Assembly (NCBI GenBank): GCA_003170135.1
Contig: PMZR01000140.1
Span: 4,382 to 68,381 of the forward strand
Length of the DNA: 64,000 nucleotides
Direction of reading: 5' to 3'
Origin: Acidobacteriota bacterium
GTDB lineage: Bacteria; Acidobacteriota; Vicinamibacteria; Vicinamibacterales; Fen-181
A program made the position numbers and the translations under genes. Under the pieces are notes generated by a model. It saw nothing but the letters and a program-made list of their open reading frames with translations. It was not told the DNA's origin and did not search any database. Position 1 is the first letter of the stretch; each line of letters begins with the position of its first letter. Shown piece after piece: positions 24,376-33,280 of this stretch.

Positions 24376-25698
24376 ATGATTCTCTTCGCCTGCCTCGTCC
24401 TGCTCGTGACGCTCGGACTTTTCGAGCGGGTGGCCGTCCGCCGGGCGCGCGGCGCGATGCCCATTCGCATCCACGTGAACGGGACCCGCGGCAAGTCCAC
24501 GGTTACGCGGTTGATTGCCGCGGCGCTGCGGGAGGCGGGCATCCCCACGGTCGCGAAGACCACGGGCACCGCCCCGCGGCTCATCCTGCCGGACGGCTCC
24601 GAGCGGCCCGTCATCCGCCGGGCACCGGCCAGCATTCGCGAGCAGGCGTGGCTCGTCGGTCGCGCCGCTCGCGCGGGCGCCCGGGCGCTGGTGGCCGAGT
24701 GCATGGCCGTCCAGCCGGACCTGCAATGGGTGAGCGAGCGCGAGATGCTGCGGGCGACGATCGGCGTCATCACCAACGTGCGCCTCGATCACACCGAGGC
24801 GATGGGCCGGACGCTCGACCAGATTGCGCAGTCGCTGGCCAATAGCGTCCCGCGCGGCGGCGTGCTGGTGACAGGCGATCGGCGCGTCGCGACGGCAGCG
24901 GCCTCGCGGTGCGCCGCGCTCGGCACGCGGCTCGTCGTCGTGGCCGCGTCGGGCGACTTCACGGGGCCAGGTCGTGAAGAAAGTGGCAAATCAAGACCTG
25001 ACCCCATCTGGGTGGAGGATGCGCGCATCGCGCTCGCGGTCACGCGCGAGCTGGGCATCGCCGATGCGATTGCCGTGCGAGGGATGCAGAAGGCCGCCGC
25101 CGACCCCGGTGCGGTGACCCGCGGGGTCGCGACAATTGGCGAGCGCCAGGTCGCGTGGATCGACGCGACGGCCGCCAATGACCCGGAGTCGCTGGACCTG
25201 CTGATAACAGGGCTGAAGCCCTGTTCCACGTCAGGGCATGTCGAACCGGACTCGAGGGATGGCCCGGCAGCCGACCATGCGGCACCAGCGGCGACGGATG
25301 TGGCACAGGACTTCAGTCCTGTGCTCACGATCTACAACCACCGGGCCGATCGATCGGATCGCCTCCGCATCTTCGCCCAGTGCAGCACGGTGTTCCGACA
25401 CTCCGGGCAGGTCGTCGTGACCGGGGATCGGCCGAGCCTGTCACTGATGACGCGCGCGAGGCAACTGTGCCCGGGCATCGACATCCGGTTCGTGCCGCGC
25501 CGCCGCCTCGCCGCGGCGACCGGCGCAATCTTGTCCGCATTCCACGTTCCACCCTCGGCGTCGGACATTCCAGATGCCGGGCCCGGCGGCGACGATCCGA
25601 TGGTCATCTTCTGCGGCAACACGCGTGGCTTCGTTCGCCCCTTTTCCGCGAACGTGGACACCGGACACCGGACTCCGGACTCCGGACAGATTCCTTGA
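24376..25698 (+). CDS. pgsB: poly-gamma-glutamate synthase PgsB/CapB
   Basis: VNGTRGKSTVTRLIAAALREAG (Mur-ligase P-loop), ECMAVQPD, TNVRLDH and NHRADRSDR match my memory of Bacillus PgsB. It contains three palindromic elements and a 3'-terminal heptamer array in frame. Confidence 0.88.
   Translation: MILFACLVLLVTLGLFERVAVRRARGAMPIRIHVNGTRGKSTVTRLIAAALREAGIPTVAKTTGTAPRLILPDGSERPVIRRAPASIREQAWLVGRAARAGARALVAECMAVQPDLQWVSEREMLRATIGVITNVRLDHTEAMGRTLDQIAQSLANSVPRGGVLVTGDRRVATAAASRCAALGTRLVVVAASGDFTGPGREESGKSRPDPIWVEDARIALAVTRELGIADAIAVRGMQKAAADPGAVTRGVATIGERQVAWIDATAANDPESLDLLITGLKPCSTSGHVEPDSRDGPAADHAAPAATDVAQDFSPVLTIYNHRADRSDRLRIFAQCSTVFRHSGQVVVTGDRPSLSLMTRARQLCPGIDIRFVPRRRLAAATGAILSAFHVPPSASDIPDAGPGGDDPMVIFCGNTRGFVRPFSANVDTGHRTPDSGQIP
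24963..25011. repeat. REP-like palindromic element, type 1, embedded in frame in pgsB
   Basis: ggggccaggtcgtgaagaaagtggcaaatcaagacctgaccccatctgg, about 5 mismatches from the intergenic copy at 12733-12781. Encodes GPGREESGKSRPDPIW. Confidence 0.85.
25207..25224. repeat. short palindrome ACAGGGC-TGAA-GCCCTGT inside pgsB
   Basis: Perfect 7-bp stem with a 4-nt loop, read directly. A variant of the type 2 element. Confidence 0.8.
25303..25324. repeat. REP-like palindrome, type 2 (GCACAGGAC-TTCA-GTCCTGTGC) inside pgsB
   Basis: Identical over 25 nt (gtggcacaggacttcagtcctgtgc) to the copy at 63569-63593. Encodes AQDFSPV. Confidence 0.9.
25656..25690 (+). repeat. heptamer tandem array GGACACC/GGACTCC (5 units) forming the last codons of pgsB
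   Basis: ggacacc ggacacc ggactcc ggactcc ggacaga. Translated as DTGHRTPDSGQ. Confidence 0.9.
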
Positions 25699-25705
25699 GG
25701 CTCCA

Positions 25706-26146
25706 ATGCTCGAAACCGCCATCGGCGTCGGCATCACCGTGAACCTGCTGCTGACCGAGGTCTTCGGCCTCGCCTCGGCGGGCCTGGTGGTTCCCGGGTA
25801 TCTCGCGCTGTATCTCTCGCACCCGTGGCGACTGGTGGCGACCACCGTCGTCGCGCTCCTGACGTGGGCGGTGGTGCGATTCGGCCTCGCTCGCCTCATC
25901 GTCCTCTACGGCCGCCGGAGGTTTGGCATCACGGTGCTCGTCGGGTTCCTGCTGAACCTGCTCGCGCTGCGCGTCCTGCGCGCGATGCCCGCCGAGCCGG
26001 TTGACCTGCGCGCCATCGGCTTCATCATTCCGGGCCTGATCGCCAACCAGGCGCTCGTCCAGGGCGTGTGGCCGACGCTCGTCCTCACCGCGCTTGCCGC
26101 CGCGATCGTACGGCTCGTGTTGTTCGCCGCGGGCGGATGGGTGTGA
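25706..26146 (+). CDS. pgsC: poly-gamma-glutamate biosynthesis protein PgsC/CapC
   Basis: 146-aa polytopic membrane protein. GLVVPGYLALY and IIPGLIAN motifs match PgsC. GAGG RBS. Confidence 0.85.
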   Translation: MLETAIGVGITVNLLLTEVFGLASAGLVVPGYLALYLSHPWRLVATTVVALLTWAVVRFGLARLIVLYGRRRFGITVLVGFLLNLLALRVLRAMPAEPVDLRAIGFIIPGLIANQALVQGVWPTLVLTALAAAIVRLVLFAAGGWV

Positions 26147-27135
26147 TGGACAACGAAGGTCCCTTCCGGCCGCGCGTCGGCCTCTGGCCCGTGCGCCTCG
26201 GCGGCCTGACGTTGGTGGCCGGCGTTGCGCTGGCGGTCGCCCTCGGCGTCTCGGCTTCGCGGCCCTCGCCCGTCGCCCGCGTGCCGCGCGAGATCGCAGA
26301 CCGGGCTCGCGGCGCGGAGATGGCGATGAAGCGGGCCGCGCAGGTGATCGGGCAGGCGCGCGAGGCCGAAGCCGTCGCGAGCGAAGCGCCTGGCGGCGGG
26401 GCGATGTCGAGCCTCGTCGGTGCCGAGCTGACGCCGATTACCTCGACGTTCGGCAATCTCGAGGCGAAACGCGTGGCGACCAACCCCGCGTGGGCCAGCG
26501 TGCTGGTGCTTCGCCTGTACGAGGCGGGTCTGCGCCGCGGCGACGTCGCTGTCGCCGGCCTCTCCGGCTCGTTCCCCGGCCTCAACGCCGCGCTCGTCAT
26601 CGCGTGCCAGTCGATCGGCGTGGACGTGTTCGCGATCTCTTCGGTGACCGCCTCGAGTTGGGGCGCCAACCAGCCGGGCTTCACCTGGCCGGAGATGGAG
26701 ATCCGCCTTGTCCGGGCCGGCGTGATCCGCCAGGCGTCAATTGCCGTGACCGCGGGCGGCGCCGGCGATCGCGCCCTCGACCTGGAACCCGATGGACGCG
26801 CGCTGGCCCGGCAGATCGCGAAGGCGGCGAGCGTCGCCATGCGCGTGCCGCTGCTCGAGCCCAGCGACTTCGAAGACGCGGTTGCCCTGCGGTTGCTCGC
26901 CTACAAGCGGGCGTCGGGCACGCGTCCGATTCAGCTCTACGTGAACGTCGGCGGCACGGAGGCGAGCCTCGGCCGGTCGGCCGCGGTGCTTCACCTGAAG
27001 AACGGGTTCCTGCCCGGCGTGCCCTTCGATTTCTCCCGCGACCGCGGCGTGATGGCGCGCTTTGCCGAGCGCGGCGTGCGCGTGCTGACCTTGCTCAACG
27101 TGCGCGACCTGGCCCTGCGCTGGGGCATCCTCTAG
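26146..27135 (+). CDS. poly-gamma-glutamate system protein (non-PgsA third component)
   Basis: The ATG overlaps the pgsC stop (gTGATGg). N-terminal TM anchor. I infer family membership (the PGA system protein found beside pgsBC outside Bacillus) from position and length, without alignment. Confidence 0.6.
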   Translation: MDNEGPFRPRVGLWPVRLGGLTLVAGVALAVALGVSASRPSPVARVPREIADRARGAEMAMKRAAQVIGQAREAEAVASEAPGGGAMSSLVGAELTPITSTFGNLEAKRVATNPAWASVLVLRLYEAGLRRGDVAVAGLSGSFPGLNAALVIACQSIGVDVFAISSVTASSWGANQPGFTWPEMEIRLVRAGVIRQASIAVTAGGAGDRALDLEPDGRALARQIAKAASVAMRVPLLEPSDFEDAVALRLLAYKRASGTRPIQLYVNVGGTEASLGRSAAVLHLKNGFLPGVPFDFSRDRGVMARFAERGVRVLTLLNVRDLALRWGIL

Positions 27136-27326
27136 GCCGCCGGATTCACTTGTGTCCACGTCGGGCCTGGGGCTTGTTCCGCCGCCGCGAACCGGCCTTT
27201 TTCCGCCAATTTCCCAGCCAAAACGGGGCGTGCCTGCCGGCGGACTCTCCTCCCTTGAGCCGCGGGGCCGGGCCAGATATGCTTCAAAGACCTGCGCTCG
27301 CGGGTCGAGCGCGAACTGGAGGAAGC

Positions 27327-28061
27327 ATGTTTGGACGCCTTGCGCTCGCCCTGGGTCTGCTCCTGTCGGGGTCCGGTCTCGGCTACGCGCAGACCGTCGA
27401 CGACATCGTCGCGAAGACGATCGCCGCACAAGGCCTGGAGAAGATGAAGTCGGTCCAGACGATGCGGATGACCGGCACGATGACGATCACGCCGCCGGGA
27501 ATCGACGCGGCCATCGTCGTCGAGAACAAGCGCCCGATGAAGACGCGCGTCACCATCACGGTGCAGGGCATCGAGAATGCCCAGGCCTACGACGGCACGG
27601 CCGGCTGGTCGTTCATGCCGGTGCAGGGGAAAGCCGCGGCGGAGCCCGCCACCTCCGACGAAATGAAGGATCTGCGGCAGCAGTCCGACATGGACGGCAC
27701 GCTGATGGATTACAAGGCGAAGGGCCACAAGGTCGAACTCCTCGGCAAGGAAGCGGTGGAAGGGACCGATGCGTGGAAGCTGAAGGTCACGCTCAAGGAC
27801 GGCGACGTGCAATACACCTACGTCGACGCCGAACACTTCCTGCCGATCAAGATGGAGACGACCCGCATCATCAACGGCACCGAAATGAAGACGGAGACGA
27901 TGATCGGCGACTACAAGGACGAGAGCGGCGTCATGATGCCGCACGCGATCGAGGCGCGGGTGCCGGGAATCGGTGTCACGCAGAAGATCGCGGTCCAGAA
28001 GGTCGAAATGAACGTCGCGATCGACGACGCCCGGTTCAAGATGCCAGCGCCGGCAAAGTAA
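27327..28061 (+). CDS. LolA-like outer-membrane lipoprotein-sorting family protein
   Basis: Signal peptide. Beta-rich 244-aa protein with the MKSVQTMRMTGTM...AWKLKV pattern seen in LolA-like/DUF4367-type proteins. GGAGG RBS. Confidence 0.6.
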   Translation: MFGRLALALGLLLSGSGLGYAQTVDDIVAKTIAAQGLEKMKSVQTMRMTGTMTITPPGIDAAIVVENKRPMKTRVTITVQGIENAQAYDGTAGWSFMPVQGKAAAEPATSDEMKDLRQQSDMDGTLMDYKAKGHKVELLGKEAVEGTDAWKLKVTLKDGDVQYTYVDAEHFLPIKMETTRIINGTEMKTETMIGDYKDESGVMMPHAIEARVPGIGVTQKIAVQKVEMNVAIDDARFKMPAPAK

Positions 28062-28066
28062 GAACG

Positions 28067-28163
28067 GGCTCAAGGCTCAGGGCTTAAGGCTCACGGCTTT
28101 TTGGGGCCTCGAGGCCCTGAGCCGAGGCAGGCCCTGAGCCCTGAGCCTTAAGCCGTAAGCCGT
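28067..28163. repeat. inverted pair of heptamer arrays (GGCTCAN x5 / GCCCTGA-GCCTTAA-GCCGTAA x6)
   Basis: Left: ggctcaa ggctcag ggcttaa ggctcac ggctttt. Centre: palindrome gggcctcgaggccc. Right: gccctga gccgagg cag gccctga gccctga gccttaa gccgtaa gccgt. Confidence 0.9.
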
Positions 28164-28184
28164 CCTGTCACTCCGTCCACTTCT

Positions 28185-31174
28185 ATGTCTCTCCGCCTGC
28201 CCCTCGCTCTCGGCCTCCTCGTCCTGGCGGCCTCGGCCGCGCGCGCCCAGGCGGTCAGGATCGACTCGGAGACGCTCGGCGGCCTCGAGGCGCGATCGAT
28301 CGGTCCCGCCGCGATGGGCGGCCGCGTCACGGCGGTTGACGGTGTCGCCGGCGATCGGGTGACCATCTACGCGGGCGCGGCCGGCGGCGGCCTGTGGAAG
28401 TCGGCCGACGGCGCCGTGCAGTTCTCGCCGATCTTCGACAAGTACAACCAGTCGATCGGCGCCATCGCGATCGATCCGCACGCGCCGGCCACCCTCTGGG
28501 TCGGCACCGGCGAGCCGTGGACGCGCAACAGCGTGTCGGCAGGCGATGGCGTCTACAAGTCCACCGATGCGGGCGACACCTGGGTCAGAGTGGGCTTCGA
28601 GGACTCCGAGCGCATCGCGCGCATTGCCGTCCACCCGAACGACGGGAACACGGTCTTTGTCTGCGCGCTGGGCCACTTGTTCGACGATCACCAGGAACGT
28701 GGCGTGTACAGGACGCGCGACGGCGGGAAGTCGTGGGACCGGGTCCTCTATGTGGCCCCGGACACCGGCTGCGCCGACCTCGCGATCGATCCGCAGGATC
28801 CCGCCATTCTCTATGCCGCCATGTGGCAGGTGCGCCGTCGTCCCGACTTCTTCACGTCGGGCGGCCCTCGCAGCGCGTTCTTCAAGTCGATCGACGGCGG
28901 CAGCCACTGGCTGCCGATGAGGAACGGCCTCCCGGAGGGTGAGCTGGGGCGCATCGCGATCGCGATCGCACCATCGAAGCCGTCGACCGTGTACGCCACG
29001 GTCGAGGCGAAGACGAGCGGGCTCTATCGGTCGGACGATCGTGGCCAGAGCTGGGTCGTCGTGAACACCACGTCCACGGTCTCCCAGCGGCCGTTCTATT
29101 TTTCGCGACTGGTGGTCGATCCCGGCGATCCCAATCGTCTCTACAAGATGGGCACGATCGCCGCCTACAGTGACGATGGCGGCCGGACGTTCAATCAACT
29201 CGGAGTGTCCGGGCGCGGCCTCAGCTACCACGCCGACGTCCACGACATCTGGATCAATCCGAAGCACCCGGCGGATCTCGTGATCGGCACCGACGGCGGC
29301 GTGTACGTGTCGCATGACCGAGGGCATGCCTGGCGCTTCGTCGGGACGCTGCCCATCTCGCAGTTCTATCACGTCAGCTACGACATGGCGTGGCCCTACA
29401 ACGTGTACGGCGGGCTGCAGGACAACAGCAGCTGGTACGGACCGTCGCGCCGCTCGGGCGGCATCGGCAACCGGCACTGGCAGTCGCTGACCGGCGGCGA
29501 CGGGTTCTGGGCGTTTCCCGATCCGACCGATCCGGACCTGGTCTACGCGGAGTACCAGGGCGGCAACCTGTTCCGGGTCCGCCGCTCGACGCTCGAGACC
29601 AAGGACATCAGACCCGCGCCGGGCGAGAGCGATCCGAAGTTCCGCTTCAACTGGAACACGCCGATTCACCTCAGTCCCACGAACCGGGGCGTCATCTACT
29701 ACGGCGCGCAGGTGCTCTTCCGATCGAAAGACAAAGGCGAGTCGTGGCAGCAGATCTCCGGGGACCTGACGACCAACGATCCCGCCAATCTGCGGCAGGA
29801 CGCGTCGGGCGGGCTGACGCCGGACAATTCGTCCGCCGAGAACTACTGCACGATCTTCGCGATCGCCGAATCGCCCAGGAACGCGAACCTCATCTGGGTT
29901 GGCACCGACGATGGCAACCTGCAGGTGACCCGCGATGGCGGCGTCACGTGGACGAACGTGGTCGCCAACGTGCCGGGGCTGCAAAGGCGCACGTGGGTCT
30001 CGAGCGTCGAGCCCGGGCATTTCGACGAGGCGGTCGCCTACGTCACGTTCGACGGCCACATGACCGGCGACATGACGACCTACGTGTACCGGACCGCGGA
30101 TTTCGGGAAGACGTGGCAGCGGCTTGGGGTTGCGACCCCGGCAGGGCCGAAGCCCCGCGCCACGGCTGATCGTGCCGCCGCGGCGGACGCTCCGGTAGGG
30201 CAAGGCTTCAGCCTTGCCGGGGATCTGCGTGGCTACGCGCACGTCGTCAAGGAGGATTCAGTCAATCCGGCCCTGCTGTTCGTCGGCACGGAGTCGGGGC
30301 TGTTCGTGAGCGTGGACGGAGGCCGCCAGTGGGCGCAGTTCACCTCGGGGCTGCCCGGCGTCGCGGTGCGCGATCTGGCGATTCATCCCCGCGAGCACGA
30401 CCTCATCGTCGCGACCCATGGGCGCGCTACTACCTGAAGAAACGCCACGTATTTGGTGACTTGCGCGTCGAGGTGTACGATGCCAGCGGCGGCTTGGTGA
30501 CCACGCTGGCCGGTGGCAAGCGCCGCGGCCTCAACCGCGTCGAGTGGCCGATGCGTTCGCGCGCCCCGAGGATGGCCCCCGGCATCGGGATCATCCCGAG
30601 CGTGTTCTCGCTTCTCGGGCCTCGAGTCCTCGAGGGCACTTACGCGGTGAAGCTCGTGCGGGGAACCGAGATGCTGGCCTCGGAAATCCTCCTGGTGCCC
30701 GATCCCCGATCGCCGCACACGGCCGCCGACCGCGTGGCTCAACGCGACACGGCGCTGAAGCTCTACGGGCTGGTCGAGCGTCTTGCGTCGCTCGTGTCGA
30801 GCCTGGATGGAGTGCGGAATCAGACGCGCGCGAGGCTTGGCACACTACCGGCCGGCGACACGCTGGCGACCCGCCTCGGCGTGTTCGCGGCGGCGCTCGA
30901 CGACGAGCGGGCCGCGCTGGTCTCGGTGAGGCAGGGCGAAGGGATCTCGGCCGACGAGAAGCTGCGCGAGGAGCTGGGTCTGCTCTACGGCAACGTCAAC
31001 GGCTACGAGGGCCGTCCCACCGAGTCGCAGGTCCGTCGCATGGCGGTTCTCGCGAAACAGCTGGACGAGGCGATTGCGCGCTTCGAGCGCCTGGTCGCGG
31101 CCGATCTGCCGGCGTTGAACGCGGATCTGGCGGCGCGGAAGATGGATGGGATAACGGTAAAGGGCGGTCGATAG
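28185..31174 (+). pseudogene. BNR/Asp-box (sortilin/VPS10-type) repeat glycosidase-like gene, disrupted near 30425
   Basis: The N-terminal ORF 28185-30437 ends ...DLIVATHGRATT*. The C-terminal part continues in another frame from about 30427 (ARYYLKKRHVFGDLRVEVYDASG...) to 31174. Multiple SxDxGxTW-type repeats are present (STDAGDTW, RDGGKSW, SIDGGSHW, SDDRGQSW, DDGGRTF, TRDGGVTW). Confidence 0.6.
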
Positions 31175-31188
31175 TCGAAGGGGCCAGA

Positions 31189-31413
31189 ATGCCATTGTTT
31201 GAGTACGAGTGCACGGGGTGCGGGACCAAGTTCGAAATCCTGATTCGCGGCAGTGAGCAGGCTCATTGTCCGACGTGTGGAAGCGATCACCTCGACAAGT
31301 GCTTGTCGGTGTTTGCGGTGTCCACGAAAGCGGCGTCCTCGCCACAGGCCGATGGTGCGTGCGCGGCGTGTCCGCACGCCGGCGCGCCCGGTGGCTGCGG
31401 CATGGCGCACTGA
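31189..31413 (+). CDS. FmdB-family zinc-ribbon protein
   Basis: MPLFEYECTGCGTKFE...HCPTCGS is the CxxC...CxxC signature of the FmdB/CxxC_CxxC_SSSS family. Confidence 0.8.
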   Translation: MPLFEYECTGCGTKFEILIRGSEQAHCPTCGSDHLDKCLSVFAVSTKAASSPQADGACAACPHAGAPGGCGMAH

Positions 31414-31466
31414 GGCGTACGGGCACAACATGTTGTGCCCCTACCGTCCGGACTACAAGGATCACC

Positions 31467-33272
31467 ATGAACGAGAGCCTGCAGGACAAGCGCGACGTTC
31501 GCGCACAGTGGTCTTTCGACACCCGTCCGATCCTCGGCCGCTTCCACCTGTGGCTGGAGGACGTGGACGTGCACTGGGTGCGGGGCAAGCCGGCCAAGGA
31601 ATTCACGTATCAGTTGTCGTTCATGGACGGGCGCACCGAACGGCTGCTGGCGATGACCGCGGCGGTCACCGCGCTGGGCACGAAGCTGTTCGGCCGGTTC
31701 GGCGCCGGTGCCACGCTCGACAAGGCCGGGCTCAACCAGGTGAAGAAGGACGCCGACGCGATTTCGGCCTACGCCATGAGCGAGAGCCTGTGGTACTTGT
31801 CGCGGCAGCTGCCCGAGAACCACGCCATCATGGTGTGCCTGGGCGAGGGGTTGATGCCGAAGGCGGGCGAGACGCCCGAGATGGGCGCGAACCCGCAGCT
31901 CGGCTTCGGGCGCGTCTACGCGCGGCCGGAAGTCGCGCGCTGGCTCGACCAGCACGTCGTCCGACTGCTGAACGATCCCGAGTACGGATGGGACATGTTC
32001 TACCGCGACCTCCAGGCATCGGGCATCACGGTCTGGGGCGCGGCGATCGACACGCTCGAGAACACGTCGCGTTTCGCGAAGGGCTGCATCGACGGGCCGA
32101 TGACGGTCCTGCACCTGTTCAACCAGCCGGTGCACATCGCGCGGCCGTACGAGGGCTACATCGGCACCATGCTCCTGCCGCGCGAGGTCGTCCGCGTCGC
32201 GGCCGACCACGCCATCCTCGTCTCGGTGCGCACGCCGCGCGCGCTCGTGATGAAGGCCATCCAGCTGACCTATCCCGGCATCAAGCCGCACCACGTCCAC
32301 GTCTGGACGCTCGGCGGCAAGAGCCGGCTGCCGCGCATCGGCAACCTCTGGAAGCAGTGGCAGGATCTCGGCGCGCACATCGTCGAAGAGGGGTGGACGC
32401 TTCCGACCGGCCTGAAGGCGTTCACCGAGTCCGGCACGTATGCGCCCACCTACGCGGTGCGCGCGTGGCAGGACACGGCGGGTGAGACGCACCTGTTCTT
32501 CATCGACGGCTACGCGGCGTCGGCCGAAGCGGTGCAGGCGGCGAGTCTGGCGCCCGTGCTCGGTCTGGACGCGTCGCTGGCGGTGTTCACGTCGAAGTTC
32601 AAGCTGCCCTACGAACGCGAGCAGGACATCATGCCGCTCGATCCCGACGGCCCGGAGTTTGCCGCGAAGCTGGCGGACGTCATCGGCGAGCCGGTGAATG
32701 CGGCAACACGCGACGACTACCGGCGCATGATCATGGAGGGACGCTCGGCGGGCATCGACCTGACGAAGCGCACGCTCACCGCCGACGACTTCTTCCAGGA
32801 GCGCAAGTGGGAAGTGCTGGCGCTCACCGGCTACATGGGACCGGATCCGTATTCGGGGATCGAGGGCGTCGAAGAGCTCGCGCCAGGCGTGTACCGGTCG
32901 ACCGTGCGGCTCGCCTCGGCGCGGGGCGACAAGCGGATCGCGTTCACGCTGCGGCTGATGGAGACGTTCGACCAGAGCCGGCTCGTGTTCAGCCCCCTGC
33001 TCAACCGCTTCCTGGCCGGCGAGAACTACGAAACCCGGCCGGTGAAGATCTCCGACTCGGGCCGCATCCGCAACGAGCTGCAGACGCTGTGCGCGGAGGC
33101 GCTGGAGTTCTACGACGCGGACCACATCCGCGTCCACTTCGACAAGATCCCGCCCGAGGTGATCTCTCTCGAGCATCAGAAGAAGCTGCTCGAGGTGCTG
33201 CGCTGGTACAAATCGCGTCACCCGATCTGGTTTTCCTGGCTCGAGATTGCCGAAGCGCGCGTGCCCGCGTAG
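31467..33272 (+). CDS. hypothetical 601-aa protein, possibly a divergent GlpX-like (class II FBPase fold) domain plus C-terminal extension
   Basis: By eye, AAIDTLENTSRFAKG, VWTLGGKSRLPRI and FIDGYAASAEAVQAASLAPVLG loosely parallel GlpX AVDPIDGT, ILDRPRH and GGAPEGV..AAAL.CLGG. Remote and unverified. Confidence 0.55.
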   Translation: MNESLQDKRDVRAQWSFDTRPILGRFHLWLEDVDVHWVRGKPAKEFTYQLSFMDGRTERLLAMTAAVTALGTKLFGRFGAGATLDKAGLNQVKKDADAISAYAMSESLWYLSRQLPENHAIMVCLGEGLMPKAGETPEMGANPQLGFGRVYARPEVARWLDQHVVRLLNDPEYGWDMFYRDLQASGITVWGAAIDTLENTSRFAKGCIDGPMTVLHLFNQPVHIARPYEGYIGTMLLPREVVRVAADHAILVSVRTPRALVMKAIQLTYPGIKPHHVHVWTLGGKSRLPRIGNLWKQWQDLGAHIVEEGWTLPTGLKAFTESGTYAPTYAVRAWQDTAGETHLFFIDGYAASAEAVQAASLAPVLGLDASLAVFTSKFKLPYEREQDIMPLDPDGPEFAAKLADVIGEPVNAATRDDYRRMIMEGRSAGIDLTKRTLTADDFFQERKWEVLALTGYMGPDPYSGIEGVEELAPGVYRSTVRLASARGDKRIAFTLRLMETFDQSRLVFSPLLNRFLAGENYETRPVKISDSGRIRNELQTLCAEALEFYDADHIRVHFDKIPPEVISLEHQKKLLEVLRWYKSRHPIWFSWLEIAEARVPA

Positions 33273-33280
33273 GGGCGCGC

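Noticed and set aside
25300-25316. TGGCAC-N5-TTCA inside the type 2 palindrome resembles a sigma54 -24/-12 promoter (TGGCAC-N5-TTGC).
   Set aside because: The -12 element is TTCA rather than TTGC, so it lacks the conserved GC. The motif is part of a perfect palindrome that occurs inside a coding region and at gene 3' ends, contexts that do not fit a promoter.
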